Both the position numbers and the translations under genes were made by a program. The notes below the pieces were generated by a model that searched no databases, was not told the DNA's origin, and was given only the letters and a program-made list of their open reading frames with translations. Of a stretch of 64,000 bases of DNA, positions 48,961-61,137 are shown piece after piece. Source of the stretch: Amphiscolops sp. MND2022 (Eukaryota); assembly GCA_964187785.1 (NCBI GenBank), contig OZ076418.1:4712001-4776000 (forward strand), read 5' to 3'. Position 1 is the stretch's first letter. Each line of letters starts with the position of its first letter.

Positions 48961-51900
48961 CTCTTCTTCTTCTTCTTTTAGCTTTCACCGCCCACTCTGG
49001 GGGTACGCTCTCCTCTCGGTTGGCCTCGGCAAGTGTTCCTATGTCGAGCCAGGTTCGTGGCGGAGATGGGTATGGTGCAATCAGGACATTCCGTGTATTT
49101 GGCTTTATATTTCCTTGCTGGGGGCAAAGTTACGGGGGATTCTGTTGGTTGGCATCTTTTTCTGTGTCTCGCGAAGTTTTTCCGTGACAGTGACTTGTTG
49201 CATGATGTACAGGTTCTGTGTGTCTCCGATGAATGTTCCCCGTTACATGACTTCTGGTGGTTTGTCCGTGTGTTTTCCGTCTTGAAAATTCTGGTGCAGT
49301 TTGGGCAGGGAAAGAGGACAGGTTCTTTCTTGTTATGTATTCTTTTCGTGTGGATACCCAATCCAGCGGCGGTTCGGCACGTTTTTCCGCATTGTGAGCA
49401 TGTGAGGGACTGCTCAGATTTGGGGAAATTTCTGGTTTCAATTGTTTCGTAGTCTCGGGGTTTATTTGCTCTTTGTTGTTCCCATCGTTCAATATGGGTC
49501 ATTCTGCTGTGAATTATTTTCCTCCACGTTTTTCTATCTTTCGTGTAATTCCCTAGGTCTGAAGGGTTTAGTCCGGCTTCTTTGACAAGTCTTCTCCAAT
49601 ACTGGGGAGTTGTTCTCGTTTTGGTTCTCTCTTTAGGGATTGTTTCTAACGCAGGTGACCATCCGAGCACAGCCGCTTTGACAGGTCTCGAGCTATCCAT
49701 TCTGAGAACGTGACCTATCCGCTCTAAGCTTCGTTTTTCTATTTTACTTTAAAGTGTCTTGATGTTTAGCTGATTACGGATGTCCTGTATGTTCATGTGT
49801 GTTTTCTCCATCGTCATCAGGGGAGGTTCTTTCTTGTTACTCCACACATACCGGTATCTTCTGTCTATCCACTGTTGCATTTTGTTGATTTCGCTTTTGT
49901 ACCAGGGGCGGACTGCGGAATCGAACAAAAGACCGGTCTCGACGCAAGTTTGGACGATTATGGCTTGTTGTCTTTTGGACAAACGGCTTTTTACTAGCTG
50001 GGGTCTTACCTTGGACCATAGGAAGGCTGCTCTCTTTATCCGGTTGGCTACATCTACCCCAGGGTCTACCCAACTGCCCAACATCCGTATCTCCTTGGAT
50101 TCCTCATCTCCGAAAATGAGTTTTTCCTCCTTTTTTCGTTGTTTTTTTCCTCAAATTCTTGCATCGTTTCCTTGATCGCATGACATCCCTGTTCCATTTC
50201 CTCGGCCGTGCCCAGAACGGTTGTGTCATCGGCGAAAAGGGAGATGGAGAAATGTGTTCTTTTGGCCTCTGAGTTGAATTTTCCTGTTTGTTCACTGGAC
50301 GGGATTTTGTCGTTATCCATCCAGTTCCATGCTATTCCCCTTGTTTTACCCGAAGATACTGCTCTTTCGTTGCGTTTCCTTTCTGCTGTTTGGATTACTG
50401 CCTGATGGAACACACTAAACAGGACGGGTGAGGTCGGACAACCCTCCCGTAAACCTCGCTGGGGTATCCAATGGTCGCTGTCGCCTTCCTTTCCTTTCAC
50501 CACGTATGCCGTTGTTTCATGCAGGTCCATCAAGCAGTTTAGGAAAGTGCCTTTCATTCCATGTCTTCTAAGAATTTCCCATAATGCTGGTTTTGATACC
50601 CGTGGGTATGCTTTATCCAGATCCAGGAGACGTCCTACCGGGTCACTGGGGAGGTGTGTTGGCATCTCAAGCGCTGTTCTCCTCCTCTTGATGAAACTCA
50701 TGTCTTCTTGGACCCTGATAATTATTTGTGTTGCGTCTGCCGTTGATCTGCCGGGGCGGAAGCCACTCTGGTTGTCATCCAGAATTCCGTTTTCCTCAGT
50801 CCATTCTCGTAGTCGCTTCGCGAGAACTCTGACCAGAATTCTTATCATCGGCAGTAGGCATACGCCTCTGTAGTTCCCAGTGTTCTCTCTGTCGCCTTTT
50901 TTGAACAGCGGGACGATTTGTCCAATTTTCACTGACGCGCTCCACTTGTCCGCTCGTTGTTCGAATAGAGACTGGGTAAGTTCTACGACGTTCCATTTGA
51001 TCTCAGAGCATGCTTCTTTGATGTATCGAACTCTGACTTTATCTCTACCCGGGGCCGAATCCTTCATTTCATTAATGGCATCCAGGATTTCTTTTTCACT
51101 GGGGGGCATGTTAAGGAGTTCATTACTTTTGATCCTGTTCGTGTCATTACTTTTATCCTCGATGGTGGAAACAGCCTGCATGATGGCACTGGGGTCATTT
51201 TCATACCGCCTAGACGAGATGTTTTCGAAATGCTCTTTGAACTGCTGGGTGGTGAGTTTGGTACCAGCGAGAGGTTTGCTCGATCTTGTGCCAAGGGTGT
51301 GTAAGAGACTGTACATGCTCCCAAAATCTCCCCTCTCAGCTGCCTCCTGACATTCCACCAGCCGTTCGTCCCACCATTGTTGTTCTAAATTTCGGAGCTG
51401 TTTCTTCATATTTTTTCTCGCGAGGGAAAGTTTCTTCTGAAAGACTTTTTGTGTGATCTTGTTCTTCTTTTCTTTCGCTTCATTTCGTGCCTTCACCCAT
51501 CTGTTGATATCCAGTTTTAGATTCTCCAGAACCCCTTCATTCCCTTTTATCCACGGGTTCTCTACTCGTTTTGTCTGCATTCCGCACGTTGTTCTTGCGG
51601 CCTGCACTAGGATAGACGATATTTGATCCCAATCGCGCTCTATGCCGATCTCGTCATCCACCATCAGTTCTGCCGTCTTTTCTCGAAATTTCTGCTGTTT
51701 GTCCTCTTGACGAAGAGCTTCCCACTTTATATTGGGGGGAGGTTTTACTGCTACTCTCCATTTGCGCATTTTCGTCTTTAGGTACAGGCAGACCGGTTTG
51801 TGGTCAGAGTAGGACAGTTCATCCACGGTCCTCATTTTTTTGGCGTGTCTGTGTCTCTGTGACGCTCTCATGATGAAACCGTCCAACTCGTACCATCTCT

Positions 51901-53560
51901 TGGAGCTTTTATTGAACCATGTTCCTCTTTTGGCGTGGTTGGAGAAGGAGTTTACCCACTCGAGGTTGTGTTCTTGACACCAGTCAAGGAGATCTCGGCC
52001 CTGCTCGTTTGTGGGTGTTTCGAGGCCGTACTTCCCGCTGACTCCATCCCTTTCCGACGCTTTGCCTACGTGAGCGTTATGGTCTCCGCCCATTATCATT
52101 AGGCAGTCAGAGGGGATTTTTACAAGGAGGTCTTCGACATCTTTACGGTACACATCGATAGTGTCTTCCCCATGTGTTTTCAAGGGTTGGTAAACGGATA
52201 TGATACACATTTTGTCAATCTGGATGAGGAGCGCTCTTTCTCTAAATTCCATTTTCTGGTTCCCTCTTATCCATTGGTCTAGAGCTGAGCCCCAGAGAAT
52301 GATTCCGGTTTTGAGGGAATGGATTATCGCTACCGTCTTTTCCCCTTTGCCCATCCATATGACTCCTTGTTTGTCTGATCTTGTTTCAGGGATTATAGTA
52401 ATCTCCCATCCATTTTTCTGGATGAATTCGATTGTCCGTTTTAGTCTAGCGCGGTTTTTCTCCCTCATGGAGATTCCTTGGAGGTTCCATGTTACCACTT
52501 TTATCTCTCTATCCGGGGGTAACTTTCTCCGTTCCCTGCGCTTTGTTTGCCTCCTTATGTTTCTCAGTTTTTTGTTTTCTTCTGATCTTTTTGTTTTTCC
52601 CCTTCTGGTTGGTCCCGGATTTGGGTGCACCGTTTCCAGCTTCCTGGCTATTATCGTGCCTGTGTGGCGGGCACTTGCCGAAACGGGTCCGAGAGGGCCC
52701 TCGCCGTCAAGTTTGTTGAAGAGGTGCTTTGGTTGGCTAGACCATTGCCACTCCGTTGGCTTCCGGGAGGTGGCTTCACTGATCCTTACGGCTCCTTGGA
52801 AGTTCCTTTTCCGGGGCCCCTGTGTGTTCTTTGACGCACAAGACATGCTGTGCGCGGCCCACTTGCGCCACGTAGGAGGCGACACACTCCGCACATTGAT
52901 ACCTCATTGGAATCATCATCATCATCGTCGTCGTCTTTGGTATCCGAATTTTCAATATCGCTTTCTCCGAGGGCCCAGCTTTCTTCATAATGAAGTTGAT
53001 TGCCAGGAATTGAGGTATTTTTCATCTCAGCACAAAAAAAGTACCCGGGCATCTTTCGACAGTGAGTTGACGTCGTTTATTGATGCTACCCGAACATCAC
53101 CTTCGCCCTGTGATTCGTTTGTTTGTCCTGTCAATTTCTGCAACAATGGGTATATGGAAACAGGAAATTCCTTGAACTGGTCCACTTTCCATTTGCTGTT
53201 ATGGTACGTTTCTTTAACAAGGACCAACTGCTTGGAGTTCTCGCTAACCGAGGCTCTCATCCGCTCTGTTTCGTTCATGGAAATGATCATCGATTTCATT
53301 GTGATAATGGATGACAACTAAAATAAAGAAAAGCCATTATTTTGCTAAGTATCATAACGAGCGGACGGCAGGTGCGCGTTATATTGATTTCATCAGTGCG
53401 ACGAAAACTGCAGACGGCGGGTCTGCGGGCGGACGCGACAGCGGGTCGCGGCTCGGGCGGGCACGACGGCGGGTCGCGCGGCGGGTGGTCGTCCCGCCGG
53501 GCCCTCGCTCTTTCTGTCAAAACTTTCTTACTGTCTGCGCGAAGGAATTAGAGTGATTGA
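48961..53560 (-). mobile_element. RTE-like non-LTR retrotransposon (LINE), near full length, disabled
   Basis: APE endonuclease (VVTWNL, GGDHNAHVG, SDHKPV), RT (NYRGVCLL, QSGFRPGRST, GLREGCPTSP, LFADD), DRKTWR motif, (GAA)n tail at 48961-48977 and a GC-rich 5' end. No clear TSD, so the 5' boundary is approximate. Confidence 0.88.
48978..52894 (-). pseudogene. LINE ORF2: 2A-like motif, APE, RT, four C-terminal zinc fingers; one frameshift and one stop
   Basis: ORFs 50066-52894, 49749-50084 and 48978-49700 join through a frameshift (~50085) and an in-frame TAA (49749-49751). Confidence 0.88.
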
Positions 53561-53563
53561 CCC

Positions 53564-56500
53564 AAGACCAGTCCGCGATTGTAAGACAATCTAGTCGCGG
53601 CAACAACCCACAGTTCAGTCCCACCTTGAGACTTCGCCCACGGTGCAGCAGAGTAGATTCACAAACCAGGTCACAACACGTTGCTTCCAGTCCTGTGCAT
53701 AGTTGAACGAGAACACCACGTTGCTAGAAATCCCCATAGAAGTGCAAATGCTCAAAGTCCCAACAATTCGGTCAACCACGATAGCCACTGAGAAGCTACT
53801 ATATTCAGCATCTGACCACAAGCTAATCGTCCTTCGCATCACATAAGGACAAAGCCCCAGTAACACTACACTCTAAAACCAACAGTTAAAACGCCCAATC
53901 CAGACTTGTTCAGTCCATGGATTACCAGCCACACAAACAAACGAAAACTTCGCTTCTGATCGCCGTTGTCATCTCGCTACAAGTCTTCCCACACAGGCTT
54001 TCCCTCATACTCTAGTTGGACCACTTCGGACACCGTAAGATTCGGGCACGTTTCCACAATCGGAATAGTCACACCTGCCAACAACGTAGAGCACATGCGT
54101 CTGACTCTGATTCCGACATAAAGGTTCCATCTCGTCTCCTCAGTGCCAGTCCTCTCCTTAAACGTATGAGGCAATCAAGACGGTGGTGTCTTATGCCACG
54201 ACAGTGCTCCAGGAAGGTCATAATGCCACGGCTCGCGATCTTCGTCTTGTTTACATAACAGACACCGCACATACGAATCGCGCGACTGATGGCATTTAGC
54301 ATACCCCAAAGATCTCAGTGAAAATTGTATGCTTTTTTGAGCTGGGCCATGTCCAAACTTGTATAAACTCGAAATATGATTACATGCACTGTATCATCAA
54401 TCTTGGCTTTGGGGCCATTCCGTAATTTTGGTCAACGTAGACCTTTAGTCTGATGTCATTCTCAGCTATGGTAGCGGCCATTAAATCTAACGCCGCCACG
54501 AGAGTGATGATGGGATGGGCTGAAAGAAGAAAAAGTTTCATTCAACGGAACGTTATAAGAATGTCTGCAAAAGTTTTTTTTCAGATTCCAACTGAGAGAA
54601 CTTTGTTTTACTTACAGAATTTGAAACAAAATGCGTGAGAAGACCAGTCCGCGATTGTAAGACACTCGAGTCGCGGCAACAACCCACAGTTCAGTCCCAC
54701 CGGTGAGACTTCGCCCACGGTGCAGCAGAGTAGATTCACAAACCAGGTCACAACACGTTGCTTCCAGTCCTGTGCATAGGTGAACGAGAACACCACGTAG
54801 CTAGAAATCCCCATAGAAGTGCAAATGCTCAAAGTCCCAACGATTAGGTCAACCACGATAGCCACTGAGAAGCTACTATATTCAGCATCTGACCACAAGC
54901 TAATCGTCCTTCGCATCACATAAGGCCAAAGCCCCAGTAACACTACGCTCTAAAACCAACATTTAAAACGCCCAATCGAGACTTGTTCAGTCCATGGATT
55001 ACCAGGCACACAAACAAACGAAAACTTCGCTCCTGATCGCCGTTGTCATCTCGCTGCAAGTCTTCCCACACAGGCTTTCCCTCATACTCTAGTTGGACCA
55101 CTTCGGACACCGTAAGATTCGGGCACGTTTCCACAATCGGAATAGTCACACCTGGCAACAACGTAGAGCACATGCGTCGGACTCTGATTCCGACATAAAG
55201 GTTCCATCTCGTCTCCTCAGTGCCAGTCCTCTCCTTAAACATATGAGGCAATCAAGACGGTGGTGTCTTAGGCCACGACAGTGCTCCAGGAAGGTCGTAA
55301 TGCCACGACTCGCGATCTTCACGTCTTGTTTACATAACAGACACCGCACATACGAATCGCGCGACTGATGGCATTTAGCATACCCCAAATTTCTCAGTGA
55401 AAAATTGTATGCTTTTTTGAGGTGGGCCATGTCTAAACTTGTATAAACTCGAAATATGATTACATGCACTGTATCATCAATCTTGGCTTTGGGGCCATTC
55501 CGTAATTTTGGTCAACGTAGACCTTTAGTCTGATGTCATTCTCAGCTATGGTAGCGGCCAATAAATCTAACGCCGCCACGAGAGTGATGATGGGATGGGC
55601 TGAAAGAAGAAAAAGTTTCATTCAACGGAACGTTATAAGAATGTCTGCAAAAGTTTTTTTCAGATTCCAACTGAGAGAACTTTGTTTTACTTACAGAATA
55701 TGAAACAAAATGCGTGAGAAGACCAGTCCGCGATTGTAAGACACTCGAGTCGCGGCAACAACCCACAGTTCAGTCCCACCGATGAGACTTCGCCCACGGT
55801 GCAGCAGAGTAGATTAACAAACCAGGTCACAACACGTTGCTTCCAGTCCTGTGCATAGTTGAACGAGAACACCACGTAGCTAGAAATCCCCATAGAAGTG
55901 CAAATGCTCAAAGTCCCAACGATTCGGTCAACCACGATAGCCACTGAGAAGCTACTATATTCAGCATCTGACCACAAGCTAATCGTCCTTCGCATCACAT
56001 AAGGACAAAGCCCCAGTAACACTACACTCTAAAACCAACAGTTAAAACGCCCAATCCAGACTTGTTCAGTCCATGGATTACCAGCCACACAAACAAACGA
56101 AAACTTCGCTTCTGATCGCCGTTGTCATCTCGCTACAAGTCTTCCCACACAGGCTTTCCCTCATACTCTAGTTGGACCACTTCGGACACCGTAAGATTCG
56201 GGCACGTTTCCACAATCGGAATAGTCACACCTGCCAACAACGTAGAGCACATGCGTCTGACTCTGATTCCGACATAAAGGTTCCATCTCGTCTCCTCAGT
56301 GCCAGTCCTCTCCTTAAACGTATGAGGCAATCAAGACGGTGGTGTCTTATGCCACGACGGTGCTCCAGGAAGGTCGTAATGCCACGACTCGCGATCTTCA
56401 CGTCTTGTTCACTTAACAGACACCGCACATACGAATGATGGCATTTAGCATACCCCAAAGATCTCAGTGAAAACTTGTATGCTTTTTTGAGGTGAGCCAT

Positions 56501-56791
56501 GTCCAAACTTGTATAAACTCGAAATATGATTACATGCACTGTATCATCAATCTTGGCTTTGGGGCCATTACTTCGGTAATTTTGGTCAACGTAGGCTTTT
56601 AGTCTGATGTCATTCTCAACTATGGTAGCGGCCGATAAAGCTAACGCCGCCACGAGAGTGATGATGGGATGGACTGAGAGAAGAAAAAGTTTCATTCAAC
56701 GGAACGTTGAGAATGTCTGCAAAAGTTTTTTTCAGATTCCAACTGAGAGAACTTTGTTTTACTTACAGAATATGGAACAAAATGCGTGAGA
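53564..56791. repeat. Tandem triplication of a ~1.08-kb decayed coding-like unit
   Basis: Units start at 53564, 54640 and 55719. The minus strand carries RCLLCKQDVKIASRGITTFLEHCRGIRH, a BED/U1-like zinc finger. Confidence 0.9.
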
Positions 56792-59055
56792 AAATTCGAA
56801 CTTATTGCTCAATGACTGAAATGGTTTTTTTCCTGAAAGTTTTTTTCAAGACTTAAGCCACTCGAAGATCTCAAATTGCGGCATTTTCGCAGAATCATTG
56901 GCTCGAAGACGATATCCGTGGCTCTCTTTGAAGGGATCCACGCGCCACTTCCTCCCACTCCTCTCCCTCTCATTGTCATTGTCATTATAAATTCGAAAGA
57001 GTTATAGGACATTTAATTCCTTTTCCCCACAGTTTTTCTTAATCTCTGCAACCCCCATATGGCTTTGACCAATCGTCTCGCTGATTTTTGCCTCCCCCTT
57101 ACTGCTTTCTGTATTAGAAGGGCCCATGCTAATGTTGTCTACACTTCCTATCATTTCCTGAAACTCCTTAACAGTGAGACCCACTCTCTGTTGCAAGCAA
57201 CAGTCACCTTGATACTCTTTTCTTGAACAACTTGATGTTGATACCACTTTGTTTATAGGTGTTTGTGGTCATGCGAACAAGTCGTTTTTCGGATGAAGCC
57301 ACGTCAATATGGGCTTCTCCAAAGTCCAGATCCTTTGTTGACGTGAGAGAGCTGAATGTCATGATTGGATTTTGAAATATTCTGACTTGTGATTATGATG
57401 TGCTACCGATGGTCTCAAAACAATAATCTGGAGAAATTGACAATACTGTGAGGGGACCGAAGCTCACAATAATGACATTTGACACAAATATAATGTTGAC
57501 TGAAACGAATTTGTTTAACTTCCACCAAATTTTGGCACAAGAAAACTAGCTTTTCCTCCTTTTTATTGCAGATATTCATGGAAGTTTTGCATGTGAACAA
57601 GATACTAATGCTTGAAACAGAATCAAGACATCAAACTTGACGATGAGTTTTCCATTATATGGTTCGTCACCAACAAGATTAATATGTATTTTTTGTTTTT
57701 GTCGAGCAAGACTGATCTTTGATGAATAGAAATCTCTAGTTGCTGATTGCCAGCTGATTGAATTGAGCGATAAGCTGGGAAGACATGGAAGCGACGCCTT
57801 CTCTTTGTCTTTGTGATGTGATTGTTAATTTCACCACAGCTGGAATAGGCTTGTCTCCGCGTGGATTTTAAGGTGAGTCACTGAAGCAAACTGTAAACAA
57901 TTAGGCAAACAAACTTAGACAACCCCGGATAAGCTCAGTATTTGTGTGAATGTTTAGCACAGCCGTTGAACGTGCATCAGCTTTTGTGGAGCTTTTGCGT
58001 TCTTAATCTGACTCACTTCAGAGCTGCTTTTTTGACTGACAAATGTCGTCAGTCTCCTGTTGTTATGGCATGACTTTTGAAAATAGCAAAGTACAATATT
58101 TAAAACATTTCATGTGATTCTTGGCATCAAGGGAGAGACAATGAGCAGGAAACGTACAGGTCTGGATACAGCGGCCAGCTGATCTGACAAATAATAGGCA
58201 CTGTTGACTTCTGTTTTTTCCGATGAATGAGAATTACAGAAATATTTCCAAAAGTTTAGTTTTAGTTTTCTTCCACGGTCAAAAAATTGCTCTAAATTGC
58301 TGAACTCATTTACCCACGTTTTCATTTCTGGATAATTTTGTGTGATGGTGACGGTGGTGTTGTGTCGAGACATGCTATATGAGAAAAAGTTTAGAAGCCT
58401 GCAATTTTTGTTGATTGGGAATTGAAATTCAGTGAGACTAACATTTGCTGCGGTATTTTGTGTCGTACAGTATTGAATAGATGTGAGGATTTTATGATGA
58501 ATAGTTGTGCAATTGAAAACAACATATGACTGTGTGAGCCAATTCTATTAGTTGTAAGAGCACCCAAATGAATAAAAGAATGCTGCAGAAGGGAAAAATT
58601 CGCGCTCGTGTAGCTAGCGCCTGCGCAACTTGAATTAAGCGCAGCCGCGCCAATGCGCATATGGACGTTCATTACTTTTTGAGTGTTTTTGAAGTATATA
58701 AAAGTGTATTGGTTCAAAAACGTTCTAAGTACGTGGACCATATGCGTTTTATTCTGTTGTGCTCTCATTATTCTTTGTCTAGCCTATACTGTTGTGGGTG
58801 AATTGAAGCCACGTTCTGTTGATTTTTTCCGATTCTGTTTTCGAAGATTTATCAAGTTTGGTTTTATGTTTATTAGTTTTGTTTTTTGATTTCAAATAGG
58901 ATCTTTGACAGGTCATATTGCGGAGTTGGGAAACTTCTTTGAAATATATCACTCATTTCCTTCATAGCTATATTTCTGTAAATTTTATTTATAGATAGAT
59001 AATTGAATTTATTTTTGATACATGTTTTGCTATCAATATTTAATCTCTTCAAATA

Positions 59056-59066
<11 letters not shown>

Positions 59067-59087
<21 letters not shown>

Positions 59088-59088
59088 T
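59067..59088. repeat. (AT)n microsatellite
   Basis: ATATATAT run. Confidence 0.9.
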
Positions 59089-59280
59089 TCAATTCGCTTT
59101 TTCTCAGTGAAAGTGACAACTTTATCTTCATCTCATCCTCTGCGTTGATTTTGAATCCGTAGATGAGATGTCATCAGGAGAAAGAAATTAGAGAGCGAGT
59201 ATTTACATAACTCCTACGGACCCCGTTATGCAACTCTTATTACATAGAAATAAGCATCCAGTAGTTTCACGATACCAATA

Positions 59281-59844
59281 AACAAGACGAGAACGGCATA
59301 CGTTTGCGCCCCGGTTGAAGCTCGAAAAAAAAACAAAAGTATTTTGAAGCGTCAAGGATTCTCTACTGAATAAAATCTCAATTTCAACAGTACTCAAGGA
59401 ATCCTTTGGGCTTTTTTTGCTTTTATTGTCACCAGAAGTATCAAAAACCGAAGTTTTTCTGCTTTTTTCCACGAAAAACCATAAAACCAAAGCGGGAACC
59501 GTTTTGTGAAATATAAATTTTTCGAAAAAATTCATGGTGCCGAAATATCCTTTGCACTGAAAAACGCATTTCCTATCTTAGAATATCGAAAAAGAAGCAA
59601 AAGAGGGACACTTCTGGATTTTTTTGGGAAACAATCGCACAGTTCCGAAAATAACCTATTAGGTTTCGGAAAAAAACATGTTTAATGAGAATAAGCCTGT
59701 GAAAATAGTATATATAAGGAGATCCTTCCGACTAATTTGCCAATTTGTAGAATTTTGGTTTTTGGCATGAAATGGTCGCTTCGACCGGATTGAAAAAACA
59801 CAATGATAAGGTCCCCATAATAGTCATGAAGCGCCGACTAAAAA
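59281..59844 (-). mobile_element. HINE-like element, diverged
   Basis: GCGCCGACTAAAAA at 59831 and a reverse 3' hairpin/AACAAG end at 59281. Confidence 0.45.
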
Positions 59845-60068
59845 TGCTGATTTTCGCATAATTTTGCATCCAAAGTAGAATCAGATCAAAAATGAGTTGC
59901 TAGATCAACTTCATTGACTTCTTGCATTGATCATTGAGGCAAGTTTTTGAGCAAGTTGCGAAGCATTTCAATGGAGCAGAAATTGTTGCAGTGCCTCTGC
60001 GCTTTTTAAAAACAATTTTCAATCCAAATTCACAGTTTTCAGATTCATTAATTTGACCGTTTTTGAGA

Positions 60069-60470
60069 ATGACAAGCATCGCTGCTGCTCCTGAAGCAGA
60101 AAAAGTGTCGAAATCCTACAAACTAATCCCTGACGTCGATTACGATTTTTGCCCCAAATGTGGAACCTTTTTCAACACAGCCCGCATGATGAAAGAACAG
60201 GCATTGCGATGTGTTTGCGGTTTCGTCTGTGACGAAAGCAAGTTTCTAAACAGAGCCGACACGACTTTCATCGACATAAAACACGAAGAGGCGACTGAAG
60301 ATGAGAGCAAGAAGAAGAAGGAACAAGATGTCATGACAGACAGAGTGTGTTCCAAGTGCGGTAACCCCGAAATGACCTATAAGGCCATGCAGACGAGGTC
60401 AGCCGACGAAGGTCAAACCCTCTTTTATTTCTGCCCCAACTGCAAGTACAGCGAAGTGGAGTATTCCTGA
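60069..60470 (+). CDS. POLR1H: DNA-directed RNA polymerase I subunit RPA12, 133 aa, intronless CDS
   Basis: N-terminal FCPKCG/CVCG zinc ribbon and C-terminal TFIIS-like CSKCG...QTRSADEGQTLFYFCPNC. Confidence 0.93.
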   Translation: MTSIAAAPEAEKVSKSYKLIPDVDYDFCPKCGTFFNTARMMKEQALRCVCGFVCDESKFLNRADTTFIDIKHEEATEDESKKKKEQDVMTDRVCSKCGNPEMTYKAMQTRSADEGQTLFYFCPNCKYSEVEYS

Positions 60471-61137
60471 TATGACGTCATTCAATTCCGTACCCTGTAT
60501 TTTTTTCTTCCAAAGAAGGAGGAGGGGCCGTGATTGCTTTTTCCAATTGGTCGAACTTCAAATGTGCGCTTTGTTGATTGAGAACCATATTGGTAATTTG
60601 GTATCTCAGCTTGAAATGTCGGTTTCGGAATGATTGGATCCAGACTCTTTTGATGAATTTGATCCAGTTTAACAGTACCTGTAGAATTTTTTCGATATTT
60701 GAATTGCATTCTATATGATGTTTGCATTCTGATGACACTAACTTATGAATTGATTAGAAATAAAACAGTGTATTGGAAAATGGAAATGATTTCGAAAATT
60801 TTTTTTCAACTGTTTTTGTAATAATTGGAATTTGACTTGATAAAGTTCCTACCATGTTGTTTGAGTTAACGAATTGCCCCGAAATGAAAGAATACAGTAT
60901 TTTATTTACCCATTTCGAGTTTTTTTTCCAATAATAACAAAAATGTATCGTGTCAGACAACGCTTGCCGGATGAGCTTGAATCGTATAACCGTCGTTCGT
61001 TCGTTTTTTTTTGTGATGGCTATTATTAATAGCCATCACAAAAAAAACGAAATTTGGCGTTTTTCGGAATCCGAGGGCATGGGGGAATACATTCGCCGGT
61101 TTCATTTTCTGGATTGGCGCTATTAAGGCCTGGCATA

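Noticed and set aside
52200-53321. 373-aa plus-strand ORF and other ORFs opposite the LINE, Tc1 and VPS35L exons
   Set aside because: Antisense or alternate-frame shadows of real coding sequence.
56800-58770. Short ORFs between the triplication and POLR1H
   Set aside because: Fragmentary, with no consistent frame or motif.
60478-60738. Minus-strand ORF converging on POLR1H
   Set aside because: No recognisable domain or supporting upstream exons; may be chance or 3' UTR.
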